From positions 1,416 through 65,415 of IMG/VR virus record IMGVR_UViG_2808606757_000001: a stretch of 64,000 bases of DNA, one strand, 5' to 3'. Source of the DNA: a virus (lineage: Duplodnaviria; Caudoviricetes). The notes under the pieces are model-generated. The model ran no database searches. It worked only from the letters and a program-made list of their open reading frames with translations, and was not told the origin of the DNA. Made by a program: the position numbers and the translations under genes. This document shows, piece after piece, positions 36,717-46,738 of the stretch (positions within the stretch are counted from its first letter, which is position 1; each line of letters begins with the position of its first letter).

Positions 36717-37775
36717 ATGGCTTTTGCAGTCGTAAAGGGCCTGGCGCTTCGCGCGACCAAGGTGGACAAGTGCGGCCTACCCATCGAAGGCCCCGCAAAC
36801 CGCATCGTGACCGACGGGTTTATCCGGTTCAACGTCGACCCGGAGATGAAGGCCCGCGAGGACCTGGAGCAGACCAACGCCGCCGGCAAGGTGTGCGTCT
36901 CTGCGAACACCCCTGCCGAGCGCAAGTGGTGGAACATCGAAGCCCAGCTGTGTGGCGTCGACCCCGACCTGTTCGCGTTGATCGCAGCGTGGGCGCGGGT
37001 GACCGACTACGACGGCAACCCGGTCGGTGTCCGTGACCGCAAGAGCGTTGAGACCGAGACCGGTGTCATGTTCGAGCTGTGGACCGGCGGCGACGACGAT
37101 GACGGCTGCGACATCCCGACCGACGACTCGATTTTCTCCGCCGCGTCGGGTGGCTCCCAGTGGGGCTACTTCGCCATCGCCGGTAAGGAATTCGTTTCAG
37201 GGGCGCTGACTGTGGAGGCGGGGGTGTCGACGTTCACCCTCACCGGCCGGTCGATCGCGCCGAAGAACTGGGGTCGCGGCCCGTACAACGTGGCGGCCAC
37301 CGACAGTGCCGGTACCCCGGGCCGTCTGCTGGTGCCGCTGTACGACGAGGTCGACGAGAACCACCTGGCGCTGTTCTCCACCCCGGTGGCCCCGCCGAAG
37401 CCCACCAACGGTGCGTGCGAGCTCAAGGTGCAGTCGATCTTCACCGGTCCTAGCAACAACTACTTCGGTCCGACGGCGGCCGATGTTGCTCCGGCTCAGC
37501 CGATCTGCAACGGCAAGGTCTACACCGTTGCTGTCACCGGCACCGGCAACTGGACCGCCGCGGTGGGTGCTGAGGACACCGCCAACATCGCCCACACCGC
37601 ACTGGCCACGGCGGTGCAGTCGGCGATCGAGGCGCTGCCGAACGTCGAGGTAGGCCAGGTGCAGGTTGCCGGCACTGCGGGCAACTACACCGTCACGCTG
37701 GACCCCTCGCTGCCTGCGCTCACCGCAGACGGCGCCGGTCTGACGGGCGGAACCGTTACCGTCACGCCGGCCTAG
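36717..37775 (+). CDS. Major tail protein
   Basis: RBS AGGAGG; RATKVDKCG, NAAGKVC, LCGVDP and WGRGPYNV motifs; followed by a terminator. Confidence 0.88.
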   Translation: MAFAVVKGLALRATKVDKCGLPIEGPANRIVTDGFIRFNVDPEMKAREDLEQTNAAGKVCVSANTPAERKWWNIEAQLCGVDPDLFALIAAWARVTDYDGNPVGVRDRKSVETETGVMFELWTGGDDDDGCDIPTDDSIFSAASGGSQWGYFAIAGKEFVSGALTVEAGVSTFTLTGRSIAPKNWGRGPYNVAATDSAGTPGRLLVPLYDEVDENHLALFSTPVAPPKPTNGACELKVQSIFTGPSNNYFGPTAADVAPAQPICNGKVYTVAVTGTGNWTAAVGAEDTANIAHTALATAVQSAIEALPNVEVGQVQVAGTAGNYTVTLDPSLPALTADGAGLTGGTVTVTPA

Positions 37776-37789
37776 TAGCAGTCGAGCGG

Positions 37790-37827
37790 AACGCCCCGGG
37801 TGACTGGCCCCGGGGCGTTTCGTCATT
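37790..37827 (+). terminator. Intrinsic terminator after major tail
   Basis: AACGCCCCGGG-loop-CCCGGGGCGTT followed by TCGTCATT. Confidence 0.8.
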
Positions 37828-37863
37828 CCCGGAGACAGCACCCTGGCTGGTTACCGTGACCGC

Positions 37864-38616
37864 ATGTCCTGCGAGTGGCCTGTAGATCGGACCTGCCTGC
37901 CCGATCTGCCTGTGCTGGGCGATGATCCGACCGAGGCGGAGCAGGCGGCGTACGACGCGGCTGTGTTGCAGCGCAACAGCGCGGAGAACATCGCTGTGCA
38001 GGTGTTGTGGGCGTTGTCGGGGCGGCAGTTCGGTGTGTGCGAGACGACGGTGCGGCCCTGCCTGACGTATGCGCAGGGGTTCGGGTACGGCCCGTTCATC
38101 CTCACGCTGGACACGGGGCATTGGGTGAACTGGCCGTGCGGCTGCATCGGTTCCTGCTCGGTGTCCGGGCCGCGGGTGGTGCATCTGCCCGGCCCGGTCG
38201 CTGAGATCGTTGAGGTTCGGATCGGTGGTGTGCCGCTTGCGGAGTCGGGCTATCAGCTTGAGGGCGATGCGCTGTACCGAATTTGCGATAGCGGCTGCCA
38301 GTGGCCACGCCAGGACCTCGGCCGCCCGCTCGGCGAGTCCGGTACTTGGTCGGTCACATACACCCGAGGTATCCCCGTCCCGGACGGCGTGGACAAGCTC
38401 ACCGGGCAGCTCGCCCGCGAGTTCATCAATGCGTGCGGCGACGAGGACGAGTGCCGGTTGCCGCGCACCGTAGTGGCCACCACCCGTCGCGGTGTCTCCC
38501 ACCAGTTCGACCCGTCGAAGATCCTGGCCGCCGGTAAGACTGGGCTCACTGAGGTGGATCTGTGGCTGGCCGCGGTCAACCCGAACCATCTCGCGCAGGG
38601 GCCGGAGGTTCTGTGA
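37864..38616 (+). CDS. Head-to-tail adaptor
   Basis: LWALSGRQFG.C..TVRPC; CRLP; TGL.EVDLWL..VNP. Confidence 0.75.
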   Translation: MSCEWPVDRTCLPDLPVLGDDPTEAEQAAYDAAVLQRNSAENIAVQVLWALSGRQFGVCETTVRPCLTYAQGFGYGPFILTLDTGHWVNWPCGCIGSCSVSGPRVVHLPGPVAEIVEVRIGGVPLAESGYQLEGDALYRICDSGCQWPRQDLGRPLGESGTWSVTYTRGIPVPDGVDKLTGQLAREFINACGDEDECRLPRTVVATTRRGVSHQFDPSKILAAGKTGLTEVDLWLAAVNPNHLAQGPEVL

Positions 38617-39152
38617 TTCCGCACGATCCGGCGTCGGACATCGTCAACGTGTTCATCACGGCGATGAAGGCGGCTTTCAACCCGGACGACAAAGTTCAGC
38701 CGCCGCTGGGTGGTGGGGCGACGGACGTGCGGTTCTTCGCGTCGGATGGTGCTCTGCCGACGGCGGTGTGGGATCCAGAGACGGGGTTGAACATCAGCTG
38801 CAAGTCCCCGTTCCTGTGGGTGCGTGTTGATCGCCGGTTCCGTTCCCGGCAGCAGGAGTTCCCCGCGGTGTATGTCGGCGACAAGGACTGCAAGGCCGCG
38901 GATGTGGTGCGCGGTGTGGCGGTGGAGGTGGGGGTGGCCCGCTGCGCGGACATGTCAGAGAGGCCGAAGTGGTCGGTGCTGGAGCGTGAGGCCGAGGTCA
39001 GCCTGGACGATTCGTGGCGCGTCGAGATGGCGTTGTGCATGGCGGCCGGCGCATTGAAGGCGAACCATGCAGTCGCCACCGATACCATCGCGCCACTCGG
39101 CCCCGAGGGCGGGTTGATCGCGTGGACCGGCATGGCCTACGTGTCGTTCTGA
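38613..39152 (+). CDS. Tail completion/terminator protein
   Basis: WVRV, EVGVARC and P.GPEGG motifs; synteny. Confidence 0.65.
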   Translation: MIPHDPASDIVNVFITAMKAAFNPDDKVQPPLGGGATDVRFFASDGALPTAVWDPETGLNISCKSPFLWVRVDRRFRSRQQEFPAVYVGDKDCKAADVVRGVAVEVGVARCADMSERPKWSVLEREAEVSLDDSWRVEMALCMAAGALKANHAVATDTIAPLGPEGGLIAWTGMAYVSF

Positions 39153-39165
39153 AAGTGGGTGTGTC

Positions 39166-39495
39166 GTGGGACATCGCGTGACGATCGAAGGCACGAGTAC
39201 TCCGGCTGATGTGTTGCCGCGCGGTCAGCGTCGCACTGTGGAGGTCACGGACTACGTCCGCAAGCTGGTGAAGATCGGTGCGGCGAAGGTGGTAGCGGGC
39301 AACCTCGATGAGCCCGACGCTGTCGCCTACGGTGATGAGCCGACGCGCAGCGAGATCCTCGACGAGATGGCGGCTGAGGCCGCAGAGAACGACTCGTATT
39401 CGCAGGTGGCGGAATTCCCGGTCGAGGATGCCGAGCCGGCCGCCGAGGAGTCGAAGCCGCGGAGGACGCGGGGCAAGACCAGTGGCGAGAGTTAG
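39166..39495 (+). CDS. Hypothetical virion-region protein
   Basis: Acidic C-terminus; fills the gap. Confidence 0.6.
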   Translation: MGHRVTIEGTSTPADVLPRGQRRTVEVTDYVRKLVKIGAAKVVAGNLDEPDAVAYGDEPTRSEILDEMAAEAAENDSYSQVAEFPVEDAEPAAEESKPRRTRGKTSGES

Positions 39496-39886
39496 TGCCC
39501 GCGTTGAGCTCAACGAACGGGAGCTCAACGATCAGGCGCGTGCGTTTCTGCGGCGTCGGATGGCGTCGTTGCAGCGGCGAACCGCGAACCAGGCGCGCCA
39601 GGATGTCCCGGTCCGGACGGGCAATCTGGGCCGGACTATTGGTGAGGGGCAGATCCACTTCACTGGTCCGCGCACGGTGGCGGGGTCGGTGCACGCGAAG
39701 GCGGACTATGCGCTGTATGTGCATGAGGGAACCAGGCCTCACGTGATTCGGCCGAAGCGGGCGCAGGCGTTGCGTTTCCAGATCGGTGGTCGGACGGTGT
39801 TCGCGCGGCTGGTGCGTCATCCAGGGACGCGTGCGCGGCCGTTCCTGCGGAACGCTGGTCAGCGGGTTGCGATGCGGGAACGCTAG
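39482..39886 (+). CDS. HK97 gp10-like neck protein
   Basis: PVRTGNLGRTI, YALYVHEGTRPH.IRPK, V.HPGTRARPFL. Confidence 0.85.
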   Translation: MARVSARVELNERELNDQARAFLRRRMASLQRRTANQARQDVPVRTGNLGRTIGEGQIHFTGPRTVAGSVHAKADYALYVHEGTRPHVIRPKRAQALRFQIGGRTVFARLVRHPGTRARPFLRNAGQRVAMRER

Positions 39887-39919
39887 TCCGATTCCAAATT
39901 TGGATATACAATTCCAAAT

Positions 39920-40186
39920 ATGCCGCGAACCACCACGGACGGGAAGCCGCTGAAGCTCGTCCTGTCGTACGAGCTGGGCGAGACAGTCGTCGATACCCAG
40001 ATCGGTGCCGCACTCGGAAAACCGGCAGCCACGTACTCCCGACGCAAAGATGCCGCTGACTTCCCAACCTTCGAGGAATTGGAGCGGGTCGGGACCCACT
40101 TCGGGATCAATCCGCGGTGGCTGCACGTCCGCTTCGGCTACATCGGCCTGGACGAGTTGCGCACCGAACCCTCGGTTTTCATCTAG
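39920..40186 (+). CDS. Small XRE-like regulator with its own promoter (moron)
   Basis: IGAALGKPAATYSRRK...FPTFEEL; TACAAT(39907)-N7-ATG. Confidence 0.7.
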   Translation: MPRTTTDGKPLKLVLSYELGETVVDTQIGAALGKPAATYSRRKDAADFPTFEELERVGTHFGINPRWLHVRFGYIGLDELRTEPSVFI

Positions 40187-40221
40187 CTGGGGTTTGCACC
40201 GTGCGCGTGAATCCTGCGCGT

Positions 40222-40749
40222 ATGACCACTTTTGCCTCGGATGGCTCCACTGTCACACCGGATGTTGCGCCCGTTGTTGCGCCGACTGCTGCACCCGAAA
40301 TCCCGGCGCCTGTCGCTGAGCCGGAGGTGATCGAGCAGGAACCGACCACCGAGGTCGCGGTGCCCAGCTCCACCGAGGTCGTCGACCCGGACGCCGAAGA
40401 GAAGTGGACCCACCAATCGGAGTGGAAGCACGACTGGCTGGAGTTCAAGGGCGACAAGCTCGGCATCCGTGTTCCGAAAGGCGCTGCACTGCAGGCGCTC
40501 GGCGCGGCCCGGCACAACAGCCTCGAATTCCAGGACCGCCTGGTCAACCTGTTCGTCGCCAAGCATCTGTCGCCCGAGACCTACGAGCGGGTCATGTACC
40601 GCATGGTCGATCCGGACGACGACGAGTTCACCACCGGCGCGTGGGGTGAGCTGATTTCGGCGATCGCTGAGGTCGGTGGTGAGCGCGCGAAGGCCGAGGC
40701 TGAGGCGCTCGCTGAGGTCGCAAATGGCAAGCCTGGCAAGGGCAAGTAG
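40222..40749 (+). CDS. Tail assembly chaperone (G)
   Basis: Immediately before the tape measure; acidic; LFV..HL.PE.YER motif. Confidence 0.75.
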   Translation: MTTFASDGSTVTPDVAPVVAPTAAPEIPAPVAEPEVIEQEPTTEVAVPSSTEVVDPDAEEKWTHQSEWKHDWLEFKGDKLGIRVPKGAALQALGAARHNSLEFQDRLVNLFVAKHLSPETYERVMYRMVDPDDDEFTTGAWGELISAIAEVGGERAKAEAEALAEVANGKPGKGK

Positions 40750-40777
40750 ACGCACCCCGTATCGCTAGCTTGACCGC

Positions 40778-43700
40778 GTGACCACGCCCGTCGGCTCGAT
40801 CAAGCTTGACCTGTCGATCGATGGGTCGGGGCTTCCGGCTGACGTTTTGCGGGAGATCGGCGAAGCGTTGGGGCCGACGCTCGCGAAGATCAACCGGGAT
40901 CTGGACCAGTTGCAGCGCAAGCTCGACCAGACCGCCCGGACGGCCGAGAAGTCCGGCGCGAAGCAGACTGCGGCGGCCAAGGCGACAGCGGCGGCCGTCG
41001 ATGACATCGGGGACGAGTACTCCCAGTCGGCGCGGGCAGCAGAGAAGTCCAGTGCCGTTCTCATGGCGGTCAATCGGCGGGTTGCGGCGTCGGTCGGCGA
41101 GATAGGGGACGCGCACACGAAGGCGGCTGCTGCATCGGTTGCGGGGTCTCGAGTGCAGGTGTCGGCGTTGCGGTCGGTGACGCGGGAGATTGATGCTCAG
41201 GCGGCTGCGTGGGCCCGTTTGGGTGCGGCCCGGTCGGCGGCTGCGTCCACCCCGACTCCTGGCGGTCCTGGCCGTGGTGGCGGCTCGGGCGGCGGCCGGG
41301 GTGGTGGCCGTGGCGGCGGGTTCTTCGGCATGGGCGGACCGCTCGTCGGGGCGGCCGGATGGAATGCCGTCGCGCTCGGAGTCGGCAGCATCCCGTCGGC
41401 GGCGACGGCAGTAACCAACCTCGCTGGCGCGGTGCAGGCGCTCGGTCAGGCGGGTCTCGTGTTGCCAGGTGTTTTCGCCGGCGCGGCAACGTCGGTGGGT
41501 GCGGCAAAGCTCGCGTTCAGCGGCATGGGGGACGCCGTCAAGGACGTCACCGAGGCTCTCAAAGAGGGCACCCCGGAGGCGATGGAGAAAGCCTCGCAGT
41601 CGTTGAAGCGGTTCGCCCCGGCAGCGCAGGAGGTCATCAAGACCGTCGCCGGGTTGGGTGACGACTTGGACCAGTTCCGCCGCGACATTCAGCAGCCGAT
41701 GTTCGAGGGTGTCGCCAAGGACATCGAGGGTTTCGTCACGAAGGCGTCGCCGCAGTTCCGGCGTGAGCTCGGCGAGATGGGCAAGGCGTGGAACGGCACG
41801 CTGCGGGAAGTTTTGAGGGTCGGCGGATCCGACAGCACACTCGGGTTCTTGGATCGCATCGTCGGCAACACGTCGAAGGCTCAGACGAACCTGAACAAGG
41901 CGATCGAGCCGCTCGTGCACGGGATCGGCACACTCACGTCCGAGTCGAGTGATTTCCTGCCGCGCCTGGCCGACGGGCTGGGGAAGGTCACCAGCCGGTT
42001 CGACAACTGGATCAGCACAGCCGCGGGCAACGGTGACCTGGACCGGTGGATCAACGAAGGCATCGAAGCCGCAGGGCATCTCGGTGAGACGTTCCTGAAC
42101 ATCGGCAAGATCATCACCGACCTCACCAGCGCCGCAGGCGGGGATGGTGGGTTCTTGAAGTGGCTGGAAGACGTCACCACCAAGTGGCACGCGTTCCTGT
42201 CCTCGGATGTCGGGCAGCAGAAGCTCACCGACTTTTTCCGCGACGGCCGCGAGCAGCTCGGCGAGTGGATCGAGATCCTCAAGAACATCGGCTCGATGGC
42301 GGCCAGCGCGTACGGCGGGATGAAGCAGTGGGCCGACGTGCTGATGCCGATCCTCAAGGCGATCACCGAGATTCTGTCGCACATGCCCGGCGGCATCGCG
42401 GGTGTGGTGACGGCGTTCCTGGCGTGGAAGACCATCGGCGGGGTCACGTCGCTGCTGGGGAAGCTGAGCAGCGTCGGCACCACGCTCGACGCGTTGCCCG
42501 GGCGGGCAGGTAAGGCGGCCACCGGGATCCGTGGCGCGCTCGCCAAGCTCGGCAGCGACCGGGCGATGTTCGGGGCGTCGGTCCTGGCCGGTGGTGCGGC
42601 GATGGAGGGATCTGCGCAGACCCTCGGGGGTCAACTACTCGGGGCGGGTACGACGATCGCTGGCGGGGCTCTGGCGGGTTCGGTGTTCGGCCCGGTTGGC
42701 ACGGTGGCGGGCGCGGGGGTTGGTGCAGCTATCGCGGGTATCACGTTCGTGCTGTCGGAGAACGCGAAAGCGTCGAAGGCGGCGGCGGATTCTGCGGCGG
42801 CGTTCGCGGCGCAGCAGCAGCGGGTGGCTGAGGCGACCAGCGCGGCCGAGTCGGCGATGAAGAACCTCAACACGTCGCTGCTGGATAGCGGCGGCAAGTT
42901 CGATTCTTCGTCTATCGGCGCGATTCAGGACCGGTTGACCCAGTTGCCCGAGCTACTGTCGGGGCAGGTCAACGAGGGCACAGTGAAGGGTGCCCAAGAC
43001 GCCATCAAGAACCTGGGCATGGACCAGAAGCAGTTGGCCACCGTCATCTCTGCTGGTGGGCCTGTGCTGGACGCGCTGCTGACGAATCTGCGGAACATGG
43101 GTCCGGCTGGTGGTGTGGCGGCGACGGCGATCAGCCAGCTCAGCGGGAGCGTGTCGGCTGCACAGCAGGTGGCCCAAGGTGCGAATCCGATTCTGACGCA
43201 GTTGGCGTCGACGATGGGCGCCACGTTGGGGACGGACCTGTCGCAGGTTGCGGAGAGTGTTCGCACGGTGTTCGACGCTCTGCCGGAGAACGTGCCGCTG
43301 TCTATCGACATGCCGAACGTGCAAGGCGCGCTGGACATCTTGAAGCAGGTCGGCGCGCAGATTGACACCGTGAACGGCAAGCCCGTCATCGTCAACGCCA
43401 ACGACGCAGCGGTCCGGGCGGCGATGGAGCAGTTGCGTCTCCTCGGTATCGACATCACGACCCTGCCGACCGGCAACATCATCGTGAACCTGGACCAGGG
43501 CGCATTGAACGCAGCCAAGGGCCAGATGGACAGCTTCATGCAGCAGTACTCGCGGCTACTCGTGCAGCCGACGATCGCGCCCGGTACGCCGGGGGCGACG
43601 CAGTTGCCGACCGTTGGTGGAGTGCCATTCCCAGGCCGCCCCGCCGGCGCGGACGGAATGGTCATCCCCGGCTACGCGCCCGGCCTCGACATCGTGAACG

Positions 43701-46700
43701 CCGTGCTGGCGCCCGGCGAGGGTGTCCTCATTCCAGAGGCGGTGCGCGGCCTCGGCGGCCCGGCTGGGGTGTACGCGCTGAACAGCCGGTTCCGCTCCGG
43801 CCTGTCGAAGCGGTACTACGCCGACGGTGGCGTACACGTGGGGTCCGGCGCACTGCCCGGCCCCGGCGACGATGCGACCGAGCTGGGCGTGTTGCGGCAG
43901 ATCCGGGACCTATTGGCCGGCAAGGGCGGTACGGCGGCGCCGTTGAACCAGACCGCCAGTGCGGTGTCGTCGATCGCGGACAAGAGCAAAACCCCCGGCG
44001 GTCAGGAGTTGGGTCCGTTCGGTACCCCGCTCAAGCCACGCGATCGCGGGTACGAGATGGCGTCGGCGGTCATCAGTGCGCTGGGTGGCGATCCGGAGAA
44101 GTGGATCGGAGCCGACCCCACGACGTTCGTGCCGGCCACTGCCGGTGGGGCGCTGGGCGGCACGACCCTCACCGGTGGCGTTGCGGACTATGGCAGGTAC
44201 GCCGCGGCGCTGGCGGCGTTCGCCCGCACAGGCAACCTCGGCGGCGACCTGACCAGCCTGGGCTTGGACGCGAACGATTCGGTGATCAAGGCGATTCTGG
44301 CTGCGCGGAACAAGAAGAAGGGTGGCCTGTCCGACGACACGATCGCTGGGCTGGTGGACCAGGTGCTCACCGGCGGCGGCTACACGGGCACCCTCGACTC
44401 GAGCAACACGTCGCTGGTGTCGTCGCTGCAGTCGTTCCGGGAGAAACTGGCCAAGCCGATCAAGACCAGCCGGGGCGCGGCAGCGACGGCCAGCCTGACC
44501 GGGGTGCCCACCTACGCGCTGGGTATGGATCCCGTGAGCGCGTATGCGCAGCAGTTCAGTGGCGGCCAGTACAGCTGGGGTGCCTCGGACCTGGCCAACG
44601 GCCTGTCCGATTGTTCCGGTGCGGTCAGCGATTTGGTGGAGCTGATCACCAAGGGCCAGGCCGGGCCCGAGCGGTTGTTCTCTACCGCCGACGCCGCGTC
44701 AGTGCTCAAGAGCCTGGGTGCGGTCGAGGGTGCGGTGCCGGGTGCACTGCAGATCGGCTGGTCCGACAGCCACATGCGGGCCACGCTGCCCAACGGCGTG
44801 AACTTCGAATCCGGCGGCCAGACCGGTCAGGGCGCGACGTACGGCGGCAACGCCCAAGGCGCTGCGGGAATGCCGAACATCATGTCGCTGCCGGCCAACG
44901 GTGCGGTGGTGCCCTTCCAGGCAGGCTTGTCCGGTGGCGGTGGCACACCGGTGTTCGTCACGAACTGGCCCGGCGGCGGCGCGGGTCTACCGCCTGGTGT
45001 CGGCCAGATACTCGGCGCCGGCCTGTCGGCGGGTGGCGGCGCGGCGGCCGGTGTCACAGGCGACGTCATGTCCGCGGTGGCCGGGCTCGGTCAGGAGCCG
45101 TGGAACAAGGCCACGAACTACGCGACGCTGAACCAGCTTGTGAAAGAACGCAACCCGATGGCGTTGGCGAAGGCGTTCGGACTCGATGTGCCGGACTTCA
45201 CCCGGCAGGGTGGCGACGGCGCCGACGTCATGAAGAACGACCAGGCGTTCGACGCGTCGGGCCGGTTGTTCTCCGACACCGGTGCCCTCCTGGACCGTAC
45301 GTTCACCAACCTCAACGCCCAGTTGCAGGCCATGCGCGAGCAGTTGGTCGCGGTGATCGAGCAGACCAACCAGAAGCTCAACGAGGAAGCGCTCGAGCCG
45401 GTCGTGAAGGCCGGTGTGCAGAACGCCCTTGAGGGGCTCAAGGATTCGGTGACGTCGTCGATCGGTACGGCGATGGGCCAGGCCGCGGCGCCGCCGATCG
45501 CTGACGCTGTGCGGTCGGCGATCCCGGCCGGCGCGAACGGCGGCAGCTTGGCCGGGGACGCGGTCAATGGTGCGGTGGCCGCTGCCGGGATGGCTTCCGG
45601 TGGTGGGGTGTTCGGTGGTGTGCCGGGCCGAGATTCGGTGCCCGCCATGTTGATGCCCGGTGAGCACGTGCTCACCACCAGCGACGTGGCCCGCATGGGA
45701 GGCCACGGCGGTGTCTACGCGTTCCGCGCCGCGCTTGCCCGAAACGGCGGTGTCCGTGGATTCGCCACCGGTGGCGGTGTCAACGTCAACGACACTGTGG
45801 GCGCTGAGTTCTTCGGGGTGTCGCAGATCCCCATCATCGGCGCGATCGTGAACATCCTCGTGCGGGTGCTGTTGTCCGTGTTGGGTGTGCAGATCGAGGC
45901 CCGCGACACCCTGTCCGAGATGACGGACGAGTTCCGCCAGTTCCGTGGCGACTTCCAGACTTTCGACGCCTCGGGTCGTCTGCTCAACGACACATCAGCA
46001 CTGGTGGACCGTTCGCAGTCGTCGGAGGAAATCGCTGCGCAGGAACGCATCCGGATCCTCAAGATCGTCATACAGGCGTTGATCAAGTACATCATCGAAA
46101 AGGTCATCGTGCCGATCGGTAAGGCGGTGGCCAACGCAGCGATCAGCGCGGGCGCATCGGCGGCCGGCGCGGCGATCAACACCCAGGCACCGGGCGCGGG
46201 TGGAATTGTGTCGTCGCTGATCTCGTCGGCCGGCGCAGCGGGCGTGGACATCGTGGCCGAGGTCGGTACGGATCTGGCGTTGGCGATCAGTGAGGTCGCG
46301 ATCGACGGTATCGCCGAACTGTTGCAAGGGCTGTTCCCAGATCTCGTCACCGGCGTGTTTGGCGGCAAGCTCATCGAGCTGATCGCCGCACCGATCAACG
46401 CGGCGCTGGAGGTGCCGTTGGCGATGATCGGCGCGCTGACCGGCGGTCTGGGTGCGCTGTTCGCTCCGCTGGCGGCGATCGTGGGTGGTTTGTCGTTCGA
46501 CGACGGTGGCGTGGCTCGCGGCGTCGGCATGATGCCCAAGGCCACCATCGCGCCGGAGCGGGTGCTGTCGCCGACCCAGACGGTCCTGTTTGAGCGGATG
46601 GTAGCGGCGTTGGAACGCGGCCGCAGCGGCGGTGGCAACCAGACGCTCGTTGAAATTCACGAGGGTGCGATTCAGGTGGCCGGCGGTGAGGACGCGGGCC

Positions 46701-46738
46701 GCAGAGTGCGGGATGGACTGTTGGAGCTGATGAGCTGA
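40778..46738 (+). CDS. Tape measure protein with embedded peptidoglycan-hydrolase-like domain
   Basis: 1986 aa, Ala/Gly-rich; YSWG...DCSGAVS...H segment. Confidence 0.95.
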   Translation: MTTPVGSIKLDLSIDGSGLPADVLREIGEALGPTLAKINRDLDQLQRKLDQTARTAEKSGAKQTAAAKATAAAVDDIGDEYSQSARAAEKSSAVLMAVNRRVAASVGEIGDAHTKAAAASVAGSRVQVSALRSVTREIDAQAAAWARLGAARSAAASTPTPGGPGRGGGSGGGRGGGRGGGFFGMGGPLVGAAGWNAVALGVGSIPSAATAVTNLAGAVQALGQAGLVLPGVFAGAATSVGAAKLAFSGMGDAVKDVTEALKEGTPEAMEKASQSLKRFAPAAQEVIKTVAGLGDDLDQFRRDIQQPMFEGVAKDIEGFVTKASPQFRRELGEMGKAWNGTLREVLRVGGSDSTLGFLDRIVGNTSKAQTNLNKAIEPLVHGIGTLTSESSDFLPRLADGLGKVTSRFDNWISTAAGNGDLDRWINEGIEAAGHLGETFLNIGKIITDLTSAAGGDGGFLKWLEDVTTKWHAFLSSDVGQQKLTDFFRDGREQLGEWIEILKNIGSMAASAYGGMKQWADVLMPILKAITEILSHMPGGIAGVVTAFLAWKTIGGVTSLLGKLSSVGTTLDALPGRAGKAATGIRGALAKLGSDRAMFGASVLAGGAAMEGSAQTLGGQLLGAGTTIAGGALAGSVFGPVGTVAGAGVGAAIAGITFVLSENAKASKAAADSAAAFAAQQQRVAEATSAAESAMKNLNTSLLDSGGKFDSSSIGAIQDRLTQLPELLSGQVNEGTVKGAQDAIKNLGMDQKQLATVISAGGPVLDALLTNLRNMGPAGGVAATAISQLSGSVSAAQQVAQGANPILTQLASTMGATLGTDLSQVAESVRTVFDALPENVPLSIDMPNVQGALDILKQVGAQIDTVNGKPVIVNANDAAVRAAMEQLRLLGIDITTLPTGNIIVNLDQGALNAAKGQMDSFMQQYSRLLVQPTIAPGTPGATQLPTVGGVPFPGRPAGADGMVIPGYAPGLDIVNAVLAPGEGVLIPEAVRGLGGPAGVYALNSRFRSGLSKRYYADGGVHVGSGALPGPGDDATELGVLRQIRDLLAGKGGTAAPLNQTASAVSSIADKSKTPGGQELGPFGTPLKPRDRGYEMASAVISALGGDPEKWIGADPTTFVPATAGGALGGTTLTGGVADYGRYAAALAAFARTGNLGGDLTSLGLDANDSVIKAILAARNKKKGGLSDDTIAGLVDQVLTGGGYTGTLDSSNTSLVSSLQSFREKLAKPIKTSRGAAATASLTGVPTYALGMDPVSAYAQQFSGGQYSWGASDLANGLSDCSGAVSDLVELITKGQAGPERLFSTADAASVLKSLGAVEGAVPGALQIGWSDSHMRATLPNGVNFESGGQTGQGATYGGNAQGAAGMPNIMSLPANGAVVPFQAGLSGGGGTPVFVTNWPGGGAGLPPGVGQILGAGLSAGGGAAAGVTGDVMSAVAGLGQEPWNKATNYATLNQLVKERNPMALAKAFGLDVPDFTRQGGDGADVMKNDQAFDASGRLFSDTGALLDRTFTNLNAQLQAMREQLVAVIEQTNQKLNEEALEPVVKAGVQNALEGLKDSVTSSIGTAMGQAAAPPIADAVRSAIPAGANGGSLAGDAVNGAVAAAGMASGGGVFGGVPGRDSVPAMLMPGEHVLTTSDVARMGGHGGVYAFRAALARNGGVRGFATGGGVNVNDTVGAEFFGVSQIPIIGAIVNILVRVLLSVLGVQIEARDTLSEMTDEFRQFRGDFQTFDASGRLLNDTSALVDRSQSSEEIAAQERIRILKIVIQALIKYIIEKVIVPIGKAVANAAISAGASAAGAAINTQAPGAGGIVSSLISSAGAAGVDIVAEVGTDLALAISEVAIDGIAELLQGLFPDLVTGVFGGKLIELIAAPINAALEVPLAMIGALTGGLGALFAPLAAIVGGLSFDDGGVARGVGMMPKATIAPERVLSPTQTVLFERMVAALERGRSGGGNQTLVEIHEGAIQVAGGEDAGRRVRDGLLELMS

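Noticed and set aside
40690-40778. Programmed frameshift in the tail chaperone
   Set aside because: No XXXYYYZ slippery heptamer seen near the 3' end and no downstream T frame before the tape measure
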